Source of the DNA: a virus
Taxonomy: Duplodnaviria > Caudoviricetes
Length of the DNA stretch: 40,957 bases
Direction: 5' to 3' (one strand)
IMG/VR virus record: IMGVR_UViG_3300048598_000529
Coordinates: 1-40,957 of that record
The stretch's first letter is position 1. Each line of letters starts with the position of its first letter. The notes beneath the pieces are model-generated. The model saw only the letters and a list, made by a program, of their open reading frames with translations. It was not told the DNA's origin and did not search any database. Made by a program: the position numbers and the translations under genes. This document shows positions 1-7,537 of the stretch, piece after piece.

Positions 1-170
1 TCATTCGCCTGATCGCGTGAAAGCGGCTGCGCCGCAAAGCCCTCCTCCCGCAACTTCGAACGAGCATCCGCCGGTTTGGAAAGCCACTCTCGCAGTGATT
101 GAACGGGATCCGCATGAACGACGATGGAGGTAACCAGCCAGATCAGTGCTGCAAGCATCCGGGGAAGCAT
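1..170 (-). CDS. 5' part of a host gene for a secreted protein (runs off window)
   Basis: ATG at 170; MLPRMLAALIWLVTSIVVHA-DPVQSLREWLSKPADAR... looks like a signal peptide plus mature domain; frame open to the window edge; different frame from the integrase read-through. Confidence 0.6.
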   Translation of the reverse strand, partial: MLPRMLAALIWLVTSIVVHADPVQSLREWLSKPADARSKLREEGFAAQPLSRDQAN

Positions 171-1569
171 GATCGCACGCTAATCGATCGCGCCGCCAAA
201 TCCAATGCCCACTTCTCGCCTTGAAATTGGACCTCGTTTCGCAGATACTTCCCCGCCCTGCCGGTGATTCACAGGCAGGAACCCGGGCGTGTACCCAAGT
301 GGCCAACGGGGTCAGACTGTAAATCTGATGGCTTATGCCTTCGTAGGTTCGAATCCTACCGCGCCCACTATCCTCTCCCACTCGATTTCCCGCGGAAATT
401 CCAGCGTTTTCGCCCTGGTTTACCGGGTGATTTCTACTTTCCATGCATCCCTCATTTGTGCCACGAAATGCCACAGAATGGCGTGACGGGTGCAAACCGT
501 GTGAGCGCCCGTGTGAGCGCAGAATTCGGGGCCAGTTAGGTCTCTCGCCCAAGAGGATTAGCTCCTCGTCCAGATAGGTCGTTTCCGTGAGCTTGCTTTC
601 TGACACCCGCATCAACTGCTGGATCTCGGCACGGCCAAAACCCATCCGCTGCAGCATGGTGTTGAATGTGACGCGCAAGCTGTGGAACCCTGCAATCCGC
701 CCGAAGGTATCCACCTTGGTGATGCCGAGCCGTCGGAGATCATCCGTTACCGTGTCGGGGCGCGGTAGCGATTCAAATACCTTTATGTCCATCGATACCC
801 GCGCCGGCCGAAGAAGCCGCAGCTCTTCCTGTACGGCGCCAAACATCGGGATGATTGCTGGCTTCTTGTTCTTCGTCTTCGTCGGTGGCATTACAAAGCA
901 CGGCTTAGCGACGTCGATCCTGCATTGGCCCCAGGTCAACCGGCGAAGCTCACCCCATCGGATCCCTGACGATGCGGCGATCAGGTACACCACGGCGCGA
1001 GGCGTGGTCATAAGCTTCTCAAGCTCCTGATCCGTAAACGCGCGCTTCGCGGTGCGTTCCTCCCGGCGAGTGTCGATAGCATCTATCTCACGAACCGGAT
1101 CCGAGGACATGCGAAGCACCACCTTGTGCAGCCAGCGCACCCACCGGCGCAGGTGGCTGAGATACTGATTCTTCGTCTTTCCCTTCAGCTTCGCGCGTTG
1201 CCGCCAGGCGAGGAAGGACTCCGCCGTGATGTCGTCCAGTGTCTTCCATCCGCAGGAGGCGATCAGCTTGTCCAGACGATTCTCGTAATTCTCCAGATGC
1301 TTGGCGTCGAGACCTTCATCACGCAGATGCACGATGAAATCCCGCAGGTGGCGAGTGACCGACTTCTCGGCAGCGGCGATCTGCGCTGCACTCGGCCCCA
1401 TACCGGCGCGGTTCATTTCGCGGGAGAGGCGGATGTCATCCAGCAGCTTCTGAGCAACGCGCTTGTCCGTCGTCTTGAGGCTCTTATCCTCAATGCGCGG
1501 CATGGATCCGACCTGGAGTCTGTATCTCCAGATCCGGCGTCCGTTCGGCTTGTAGATGTAGGCAATCAC
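1..1569 (-). CDS. int: tyrosine recombinase/integrase; ORF reads through att/tRNA into host DNA
   Basis: SAM-like core-binding region; SGIRWGEL (R), TKTKNKK (K), FHSLR (HxxR), TTY332 nucleophile; no stop until positions 1-3. Confidence 0.93.
   Translation of the reverse strand: MIAYIYKPNGRRIWRYRLQVGSMPRIEDKSLKTTDKRVAQKLLDDIRLSREMNRAGMGPSAAQIAAAEKSVTRHLRDFIVHLRDEGLDAKHLENYENRLDKLIASCGWKTLDDITAESFLAWRQRAKLKGKTKNQYLSHLRRWVRWLHKVVLRMSSDPVREIDAIDTRREERTAKRAFTDQELEKLMTTPRAVVYLIAASSGIRWGELRRLTWGQCRIDVAKPCFVMPPTKTKNKKPAIIPMFGAVQEELRLLRPARVSMDIKVFESLPRPDTVTDDLRRLGITKVDTFGRIAGFHSLRVTFNTMLQRMGFGRAEIQQLMRVSESKLTETTYLDEELILLGERPNWPRILRSHGRSHGLHPSRHSVAFRGTNEGCMESRNHPVNQGENAGISAGNRVGEDSGRGRIRTYEGISHQIYSLTPLATWVHARVPACESPAGRGSICETRSNFKARSGHWIWRRDRLACDHASPDACSTDLAGYLHRRSCGSRSITARVAFQTGGCSFEVAGGGLCGAAAFTRSGE
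221..249 (+). promoter_or_regulatory. putative sigma70-type promoter of tRNA-Tyr
   Basis: TTGAAA (221-226), 17 bp, GATACT (244-249), about 35 nt upstream of the tRNA. Confidence 0.4.
285..367 (+). tRNA. tRNA-Tyr (GTA), probable prophage integration site
   Basis: Acceptor stem GGGCGTG/CGCGCCC; anticodon arm TCAGA-CTGTAAA-TCTGA with GTA at 319-321; long variable arm; T-arm GTAGG-TTCGAAT-CCTAC; discriminator A367 followed by CTA (CCA not encoded). Confidence 0.97.
459..520. repeat. att-arm repeats: TGCCAC at 459 and 469; tandem CCGTGTGAGCGC at 497-508 and 509-520
   Basis: Exact repeats between the tRNA 3' end and the integrase catalytic Tyr codon, where Xis and arm-type Int sites are expected. 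Confidence 0.6.
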
Positions 1570-1748
1570 TGATTCACCAACTCCTGAACGACAGACTCTG
1601 AATAGAAACTGATACGGCCATCCTTGTTGAGAGGCGGGTACTTCTTCTCCGCAATGCGACGATAGAAGGTTCGTCTGCTCAACTGGAGGAGCTGCAGTAG
1701 TTCCTCTACTCTCACTCGCCGCTCGATTGGTCTGAACTTCTCTGCCAT
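1566..1748 (-). CDS. xis: excisionase / AlpA-like HTH protein
   Basis: 60 aa, RVEELLQLLQLSRRTFYRRIAEKKYPP HTH pattern; GTGA overlap with int. Confidence 0.8.
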   Translation of the reverse strand: MAEKFRPIERRVRVEELLQLLQLSRRTFYRRIAEKKYPPLNKDGRISFYSESVVQELVNQ

Positions 1749-1762
1749 TGATTCAGCCTTTC

Positions 1763-1796
1763 AAAACCCACGCCCGCCGCTAGGTCGTGGCGTGAG
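1763..1796 (-). terminator. weak intrinsic terminator/attenuator upstream of xis-int
   Basis: Minus strand CTCACGCC...GGCGTGGG stem followed by TTTT. Confidence 0.35.
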
Positions 1797-1808
1797 TGGA
1801 GGGGAGAT

Positions 1809-2852
1809 TCATGCACCAGCCGCGGCCATCGCGGGATCGTCAACATCGGCCGATTTCCGCTTTCTTTTCCCCAGCAACTTCCCGGCCTCGATGATCGCGC
1901 CGTGGATTTCCTTTGCCGTCTCGATAGATGGGATGGGCAGCGCGCCAGCCTCCCACTCATGCAACTTATTCGTTACGGCGTCCAGCGCATCGCGATAGCA
2001 CTTCTCGCGCAACCCAGATTCGTAATGGCCGAACCACGGCTGTTCGAATCCATGATCCTTGTCGAGCCTCAGAAGGAATCCATACGCCAGGTTCTCGTTG
2101 CGGCGAGGGGCGATCTGCAGGATCAGCTTGCCTTTGAGATTGATCAGATCCACCGCATCAGCATCGCGCACCTGGTCGCCTACGGGCTCAGGCGTCGTCT
2201 TCGTGAGCGGCACATCCTTGTCGGCGGGAGTCTTCGGCGGTACAGCAGGCGCCGCCTTGCCGTTCTCGTAGGGGTGCGCGATCCACCATTCGGTGAGCTT
2301 GTCTCCGACCGCCGACTTCGCGGATTCGCCCACACCCTTGATCGGCGCGGCGAAGCGATCGTTGAGCCATTTGAACAACTCCATGCCGTTGCGGATGCCG
2401 GCGGCTTCAAGCTTCTCCAGAACCGCGCCCTTGGCGAATTCTGACACCTTGACGCCCTCCAGCTCCTTCTCACGCTGGGCCTGACTGGGAAGGTTGGGGG
2501 ATGCCTGCGAAGCAACTTCGGTTACAGCCTTTCCGGCGTCGGACTTCGGTGCATCTGTCGAACCAAACGGAAGGCGATCGATGAACTGACCACCATCCAG
2601 CTTGAGAATGTCCTCGATTGCCTCATTCTCGACCTTCTCCCACTTGTTCGCGGAGTCCATCTCCTCCTTGCGTTCCGCGGCAAGCGAGGCGGCGCGGGTC
2701 GTATGGGATTCCTTTTTATCCCTGGCATCTATTACCGTCGCCAGCAGCCGCTTTCTCGTTGACTCCAATTGCATCATCTTCTGCACGTCGGGATCGATGC
2801 CCTTTCCCTTCTTCTTCGCCTTCGACTTCGCTTTGGCTTTTGCCTTCGCCAT
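1809..2852 (-). CDS. hypothetical protein with Lys-rich N-terminus, coiled coil and central HhH-like motif
   Basis: 347 aa, GAGGA RBS; LEKLEAAGIRNGMEL...IKGVGE resembles helix-hairpin-helix/alpha-CTD-like motifs. Confidence 0.75.
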   Translation of the reverse strand: MAKAKAKAKSKAKKKGKGIDPDVQKMMQLESTRKRLLATVIDARDKKESHTTRAASLAAERKEEMDSANKWEKVENEAIEDILKLDGGQFIDRLPFGSTDAPKSDAGKAVTEVASQASPNLPSQAQREKELEGVKVSEFAKGAVLEKLEAAGIRNGMELFKWLNDRFAAPIKGVGESAKSAVGDKLTEWWIAHPYENGKAAPAVPPKTPADKDVPLTKTTPEPVGDQVRDADAVDLINLKGKLILQIAPRRNENLAYGFLLRLDKDHGFEQPWFGHYESGLREKCYRDALDAVTNKLHEWEAGALPIPSIETAKEIHGAIIEAGKLLGKRKRKSADVDDPAMAAAGA

Positions 2853-2879
2853 GATTCCTCTTGCCCTATGGGGGGGGCG

Positions 2880-3086
2880 TTATTGGTTTGCCGCACACGC
2901 GGCTTCTTTATCAATAAGTTTCTGCACTTCCCCGCGATTGATTTCCACGTCGTCTCCGGCGTCGAAGCCGAGCCGCACCTTGCTACCGAAGATGTCCACC
3001 AGCTTCACGCGGATGCGACGTTGTCCCTTGGCTGGCGGGACCGTGATGATTACTTCCTCTTCGATTTCTCTGCCGAAAACTAGCAT
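2880..3086 (-). CDS. csrA: carbon storage regulator CsrA/RsmA family RNA-binding protein
   Basis: MLVFGR..EEVII...I.V......KVRLGFDA..DV.INRGEV matches the CsrA pattern; GGAG RBS before ATG 3086. Confidence 0.88.
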   Translation of the reverse strand: MLVFGREIEEEVIITVPPAKGQRRIRVKLVDIFGSKVRLGFDAGDDVEINRGEVQKLIDKEAACAANQ

Positions 3087-3090
3087 GTTG

Positions 3091-3577
3091 ACTCCGTTCA
3101 AAATGGAAGCTGATCGCTGATGACAACAGACGCGCCAGGCTTGCTTCCATAAACTTTCTGTGCGTACTGCAGAGCCACCTGTGCGTCATCGTGCCAGCAG
3201 ATCCCAGTGATTGCATCTTCGATGGCCCGAATCAGCTTGGTCGCGTCTGGCTTCACCATCTGCCAAGTGGGAGCATCACCTTTTAGATCGCCGTTCTTTC
3301 TATAGTGCGACTTCAGCCGCGGCATGGTGAACGTGACTTGCAGATACAGGGGGATTCCGCGAACTGGATCGCCGCCAGCCATCGCGGAGATCGCGGCGGA
3401 CTGGACGGACTCACGCCAACCCTTGCCACGCTTGGCATCGTCGATGACTACATTGCGTTTCCAGACCCTCGCGCCACCGACAGAAGCGAAGATCGGGATT
3501 GCCCGCTTGCTTCCTGCGGTCGATGGGATGCCTGGAACAAAGAACTCGATCTTCATGTCCACTACTCCGTTCAAAAT
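3091..3577. repeat. 14-bp exact direct repeat ACTCCGTTCAAAAT at 3091-3104 and 3564-3577 flanking rusA
   Basis: Both copies read directly; each holds the RBS of the next gene (ACGGAG on the minus strand). Confidence 0.85.
3098..3556 (-). CDS. rusA: RusA family Holliday junction resolvase
   Basis: FFVPGIP..AGSKR N-terminus; KPDATKLIRAIEDAITGICWHDDAQV catalytic motif. Confidence 0.9.
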   Translation of the reverse strand: MKIEFFVPGIPSTAGSKRAIPIFASVGGARVWKRNVVIDDAKRGKGWRESVQSAAISAMAGGDPVRGIPLYLQVTFTMPRLKSHYRKNGDLKGDAPTWQMVKPDATKLIRAIEDAITGICWHDDAQVALQYAQKVYGSKPGASVVISDQLPF

Positions 3578-3850
3578 CGCCCGGCGCCACCATCGCTTTC
3601 GCTACTCTCGCAGCCGGGCGCGAGTCGCTGGATCGTGCGCGTTTCACATCGACGGATGCCACTCCGGCAAGTCCAGCTTCATCAGAATCCCGCCAGCCTG
3701 CTATTCACAGGCGAGCGAGGGGGTAAGACTCGGACGCGGCGTGGTAGTGGATCTCCTTTCGAGTTGAACCGCGTCCTTGTTCAAGCCGCTGGCCCGGTGC
3801 GTCTGAGGTCGCAGGTAGGGGAGGAACCTGCGATTACTGGCCGGGCAGCG
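3578..3850 (-). ncRNA. candidate structured non-coding RNA / cis-regulatory leader
   Basis: About 280-nt gap with no convincing ORF, four nested stem domains and several GNRA-type loops on the minus strand. Confidence 0.45.
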
Positions 3851-3854
3851 TGTT

Positions 3855-5018
3855 TCATTGCCGGATAGATCCGGCGTCCAAATCGAATGTCCCATCTCGC
3901 ATTGCACAGAACAGGTCACGACGAAACGCTGGCGCAACCTTCTTGAAGCCGCCGCGAGTCTGGCACGCCTTTTTGATCGCCGCCTCGAATTGCGATGGAG
4001 GAATCTCAAGAGATGCGGCCAGCGACTCCAGCTTGGCATACGCCTTCACCGCATCCATCGACTCTTCTGTCGAAAGCTCAACCTCTGCCGCCGCCGACTG
4101 TGAGGGGTCAGCAGCCATGGACTCCGGCGCCTCGGGTGGGGGCGCATCGGAGGACGGCGGTTCGGGTTGAGTGGGGGTTACGGTCTTCAATTTGTCGATT
4201 CGTTCACCAATGTCGCTTGTGCGAGCCTTTGTCGCAGACTGGTCGAAGAAGTCTGCCACGGACGCCATGTTGTCCTGCAGGCTCTTGTAAATCTTCCGCA
4301 GGTTAACCAGTTCGATTTCGGTGCTGGCGTCAACCTTGTGACCCATCCGCTTCTCAAGCATCTCCTGGGTGACGCCCATCTCGGAGAACACAGTCACCAT
4401 CTTGCGGATGCGATCGACAAGCGGTTCCTGATTGCCGCCGGTCAGGGTCTTCTCACACTGGTCTAGTGCCTGGTCGATGACATCGCCTGGGATGATGCCA
4501 AGGATGCAGGCTCGCAATCGACGAGCGCCCTGATTCGCGGCAAGCTCGTAAATGTCCCGCGGATCGGTCAGGGTCTTCGTCCCCTGTCTGGTATGGCGTT
4601 CGTGCTTGATGGTGAAAATCTTGGTCTGTCGCGTGTTGGTCTCAAGATCCCACGCATAAGCCATCACCGATGATTCACCATTCTTCTGTTCAAGCTCGAT
4701 GATTCCAAAGTCGATGTTTCCCCACGACTGCGCCATTGCCTCGGCAAGACGGATCGACGGCCCGGTTACGGTGGTGTTGCCGCGCGGGTACGCGTACAAC
4801 GCCTGCTCTGCCAGCGTCTTTCGCTTGCACGACTGCATGATGCGACCGAATGCGGCCATCTCATCGCGAGGGAATCGCTTGGCGACGACCATTGCCGCCT
4901 GAACTTCCTGCGCCGATCGCGTTGTAGCTATCTGCATGTTTCCGCCGCCGTTGCTGGCGCGCGAATCATCACCGCGAGCAAGTCCGAATTCCTGATGTTG
5001 TGTTGCTGTTGCTGTCAT
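3855..5018 (-). CDS. putative ssDNA-annealing/recombination protein (RecT-position gene)
   Basis: Recurrent phage family pattern AKRFPRD...YAYPRG...GPSIRLAE...WGN...AWDLETN; follows an exonuclease; GGAGG RBS before ATG 5018. Confidence 0.7.
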   Translation of the reverse strand: MTATATQHQEFGLARGDDSRASNGGGNMQIATTRSAQEVQAAMVVAKRFPRDEMAAFGRIMQSCKRKTLAEQALYAYPRGNTTVTGPSIRLAEAMAQSWGNIDFGIIELEQKNGESSVMAYAWDLETNTRQTKIFTIKHERHTRQGTKTLTDPRDIYELAANQGARRLRACILGIIPGDVIDQALDQCEKTLTGGNQEPLVDRIRKMVTVFSEMGVTQEMLEKRMGHKVDASTEIELVNLRKIYKSLQDNMASVADFFDQSATKARTSDIGERIDKLKTVTPTQPEPPSSDAPPPEAPESMAADPSQSAAAEVELSTEESMDAVKAYAKLESLAASLEIPPSQFEAAIKKACQTRGGFKKVAPAFRRDLFCAMRDGTFDLDAGSIRQ

Positions 5019-5020
5019 GG

Positions 5021-5836
5021 TCAATTCCTCCGTTTCGTCCAAGCCGGAAGGCTCAGGACTGTGATTTCTTCCGAGTAGCCCGGCCACTTTCCGGTGCGGA
5101 CGCACTCCGCGTATTTCTCTTTGAGTGGTTTCAACGCTTCGTGTCCGCGAGTGATGGCGCTGCGATCAAGTTCCACGACGCGGGACGCGAATGGCGGCTC
5201 ATTCTCAACGAGGATGAATCCGAACCTGTCAACGCCGCGCCCCTGCGACGAAGCCGCGTCTTCGTACATTGCAGCCTGAAGGTAATACCCATACGTCCAG
5301 ATTGACCGCTGGAACTCCTCGTCACTGGCTGATCGAGTCGTCTTGAGATCGAAGTTGCAGCCGATGTCCCACAAGGGAATGTCTATGCGGCCCTTGCAGT
5401 AGAGACCGTCAATCTCATCGTCGTTCCAGAATACCGATAGTTGGCGATCAGCCGCCGCCTCGATTAACTGGCGGGCCTTGCGGTTTGACATCACGCTCGC
5501 GTGCATCGCCGTCGCCTTCTCTACTTCCGCGACTTTGACGACGCTGCGATTGCCAGCCTCCGCTTCCGCCTTATCCCATTCCTTCGTGCCACGGCGGGTT
5601 GCGGTGGTGACGAGGAACAGTGAATCAAACGCATCCGGCGTGAGGATCATGCAGTCCGTCAAGCTGCCTAGGGTCATCGAATCCGATGTCTCTGGGTTAT
5701 CGATGGCGTACCTGCAATGCGCCGCCGTCTGACGCATTCGAGAGAGACGGGAATTACTGCAGGCGTCCACCGCGTGATAGTCACCCTCTGGCATCCCGCG
5801 AACGATCCCGATTGGCTTTGAAAGCGTCTGTGTCAC
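5021..5836 (-). CDS. PD-(D/E)xK exonuclease, RecE/ExoVIII (DUF3799)-like
   Basis: YHA..ACSNSRL; CKGRID...DLKTT; YGYYLQAAMY; F.FILVENEPPF. Confidence 0.85.
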   Translation of the reverse strand: MTQTLSKPIGIVRGMPEGDYHAVDACSNSRLSRMRQTAAHCRYAIDNPETSDSMTLGSLTDCMILTPDAFDSLFLVTTATRRGTKEWDKAEAEAGNRSVVKVAEVEKATAMHASVMSNRKARQLIEAAADRQLSVFWNDDEIDGLYCKGRIDIPLWDIGCNFDLKTTRSASDEEFQRSIWTYGYYLQAAMYEDAASSQGRGVDRFGFILVENEPPFASRVVELDRSAITRGHEALKPLKEKYAECVRTGKWPGYSEEITVLSLPAWTKRRN

Positions 5837-6051
5837 AGCGCACCCCCATCCCACCGATCCTGCATATTAGCCGCGTCGTATGCGATCTCTTCCGCCTCAA
5901 CGTGTCCGCTGTCGTCGCGTTCGCTTCGTTTGATGTCCTCAACCACGCGATTCAATGCGTAATCCAGATGCTTGCGTTCGTACTGATTCAGCCGCTGGCG
6001 AGCGATTGCGACACGCTCTGACTGGGTGAGTTGTTTGCTGATTGGTGTCAC
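5833..6051 (-). CDS. hypothetical protein
   Basis: 72 aa, GTGA-coupled to both neighbours. Confidence 0.65.
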   Translation of the reverse strand: MTPISKQLTQSERVAIARQRLNQYERKHLDYALNRVVEDIKRSERDDSGHVEAEEIAYDAANMQDRWDGGAL

Positions 6052-6425
6052 GCTGCACCGCCTTCCGCCTTGACGATCACTCTGCGAACTTCGAGTATTG
6101 CTTGCCTCGACTGCTCATGCCGATGCGAAGGAATTTCGCCATAGATTCCTTCTGGAAACGCAAGACAGAGTAAATCCTTCAGCGCTTCAAGCATTTCAGG
6201 AGCAGCCGCGATGAGATTCGCGTTGGCTGCGGCGACTGCTTCGCTTCTGGCCGAGTCGTTGCCGCGAACGGTCTCGATAGATGCAATGCGAAATGGCTCT
6301 GAGGTAGCGTGGATGTTGTGAATGGTTGAATCGGAGTAATGCCCGACAAGCACCTTCCACGGTCCCGGCGTGTATTTTGTCGTTGCAACGTTAATCGTCT
6401 TGACGTTTTCTGGTGTGCTCGGCAT
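6048..6425 (-). CDS. conserved phage hypothetical protein
   Basis: KYTPGPW...ANANLIAAAPEMLEALK pattern common in phage early genes; AAGGAG RBS. Confidence 0.8.
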   Translation of the reverse strand: MPSTPENVKTINVATTKYTPGPWKVLVGHYSDSTIHNIHATSEPFRIASIETVRGNDSARSEAVAAANANLIAAAPEMLEALKDLLCLAFPEGIYGEIPSHRHEQSRQAILEVRRVIVKAEGGAA

Positions 6426-6483
6426 AATGCCGTCTCCTTCTGTTATTGCCCGGTATGGCCTGCCAGCCTCCGGGCGTTTTTAT

Positions 6484-6573
6484 TCACCGTTTCCACTCCG
6501 CGACCTTCCGCCCGACCATCAAGCCGAGAGCGATCGCGATTACCTGCCCGAGAATGAAAAAGCAGATTTCCAT
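6484..6573 (-). CDS. 29-aa single-pass membrane peptide
   Basis: MEICFFILGQVIAIALGLMVGRKVAEWKR; GGGAG RBS; 1 nt after the upstream stop; below the ORF-track cutoff. Confidence 0.55.
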   Translation of the reverse strand: MEICFFILGQVIAIALGLMVGRKVAEWKR

Positions 6574-6574
6574 G

Positions 6575-6742
6575 TCACTCCCACTCACTCGATTCCCACG
6601 CCTCGCCGCCCTGAGCCTCTGATTTCCCGAAGCACATATCCCAGACCATGTACGCCGCAGCCGCCGTCAGCACGAACGGCACGACCACTACGAGCGCCAT
6701 AAGCGTTAGGATCGCGTTGATGTAGTCTCTGGCTGCCGACAT
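6575..6742 (-). CDS. 55-aa single-pass membrane protein
   Basis: MSAARDYINAILTLMALVVVVPFVLTAAAAYMVWDMCFGKSEAQGGEAWESSEWE; AAGGAG RBS. Confidence 0.65.
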   Translation of the reverse strand: MSAARDYINAILTLMALVVVVPFVLTAAAAYMVWDMCFGKSEAQGGEAWESSEWE

Positions 6743-6763
6743 GGTTCTCCTTCCCGATTCAAA

Positions 6764-7009
6764 TCACCGCTGCGAATTGGAATGGCCCTCACCGGTCTGG
6801 GCGGTGACAATCCTTTGACCTTCCGTATCCCGCCCTTCCCGGCTGTCAGAGGCTTGGGAGTTAATGACACGACGAACACGGCGCTGTTCCACTGCTTCAA
6901 GGATCAGGTTCTCTGCTGCCTCCGTGTGGGAACGACCAGCGCCAAGTTCAACCTCGTGAGCAACAACTTCGAGCACCTTCGGATTTCTGATTTGGAGGTT
7001 CTGAATCAT
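6764..7009 (-). CDS. Cro-position regulator, ribbon-helix-helix-like
   Basis: MIQNLQIRNPKVLEVVAHEVELGAGRSHTEAAENLILEAVE: beta strand then two helices; first gene of the leftward operon. Confidence 0.6.
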   Translation of the reverse strand: MIQNLQIRNPKVLEVVAHEVELGAGRSHTEAAENLILEAVEQRRVRRVINSQASDSREGRDTEGQRIVTAQTGEGHSNSQR

Positions 7010-7140
7010 GCTTAATTCTTCCAGCAAAGAAGATTGACGGAAGATATTACGCTTTCGACTGATTGCAAGGGAAATCTTGCCACAATCTTCCTTGAATCTT
7101 TCGCTTGCTACATGCAAGTTTTGTTCTTACCGTGGCTTAG
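7010..7140. promoter_or_regulatory. divergent promoter/operator region
   Basis: AT-rich; rightward TTGCTA(7105)-17bp-TACCGT(7128); leftward TTGCAA-16bp-TATCTT; AATCTT at 7073, 7084, 7095; inverted AAGATW at 7030, 7041. Confidence 0.65.
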
Positions 7141-7521
7141 GTGGATAAAACCGTGAAGAGAAATTTTTCGCTTCCCGTCGAAGTCTCGGATGCCTTCGAC
7201 GTTTTGTGTGAGCGGGTTGGCGGAAAAGACAAATGGATTGTCGTAAGTGCGTCGATTGCGGCTTTTGCGAATCTATCTGGCGATGAGCAGAACGACTTCA
7301 TGGCGCGGGTAGTTGGTGCGGCAAAAACAGGGGTCTTCAATGGGATATTCCCCGCCCCGGACACCCTCGGCAAAATCACCCCCGCCACGCAGCCGCTCTC
7401 GAAGATGGACAGGCTGAAGCTTCAGACCGGAATGAAGACGGGAGACGAGATTCAGAAGCACGAAGCGGAAGCAGCCGACTCCCGAGAAGACGACGCGAAG
7501 AGGCGACGGAAGGGGAAGTAG
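7141..7521 (+). CDS. repressor-position regulator, ribbon-helix-helix-like
   Basis: KTVKRNFSLPVEVSDAFDVLCERVGGKDKWIVVSASIAAF; divergent from the lytic operon; no SD, GTG 7 nt after the -10 (probably leaderless). Confidence 0.6.
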   Translation: MDKTVKRNFSLPVEVSDAFDVLCERVGGKDKWIVVSASIAAFANLSGDEQNDFMARVVGAAKTGVFNGIFPAPDTLGKITPATQPLSKMDRLKLQTGMKTGDEIQKHEAEAADSREDDAKRRRKGK

Positions 7522-7537
7522 CGAAGGGGATGAGCCG

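Noticed and set aside
368-370. tRNA pseudogene because CCA is missing
   Set aside because: The cloverleaf is intact and many bacteria add CCA post-transcriptionally
2870-2877. G8 homopolymer as a phase-variation site
   Set aside because: Intergenic between the csrA stop and the next RBS; no frame or evident promoter spacing is affected
3595-3685. Hammerhead ribozyme (CUGAUGA ... GAAA on the minus strand)
   Set aside because: Stem II does not close correctly at either GAAA, and I could not build stems I/III with a cleavage triplet
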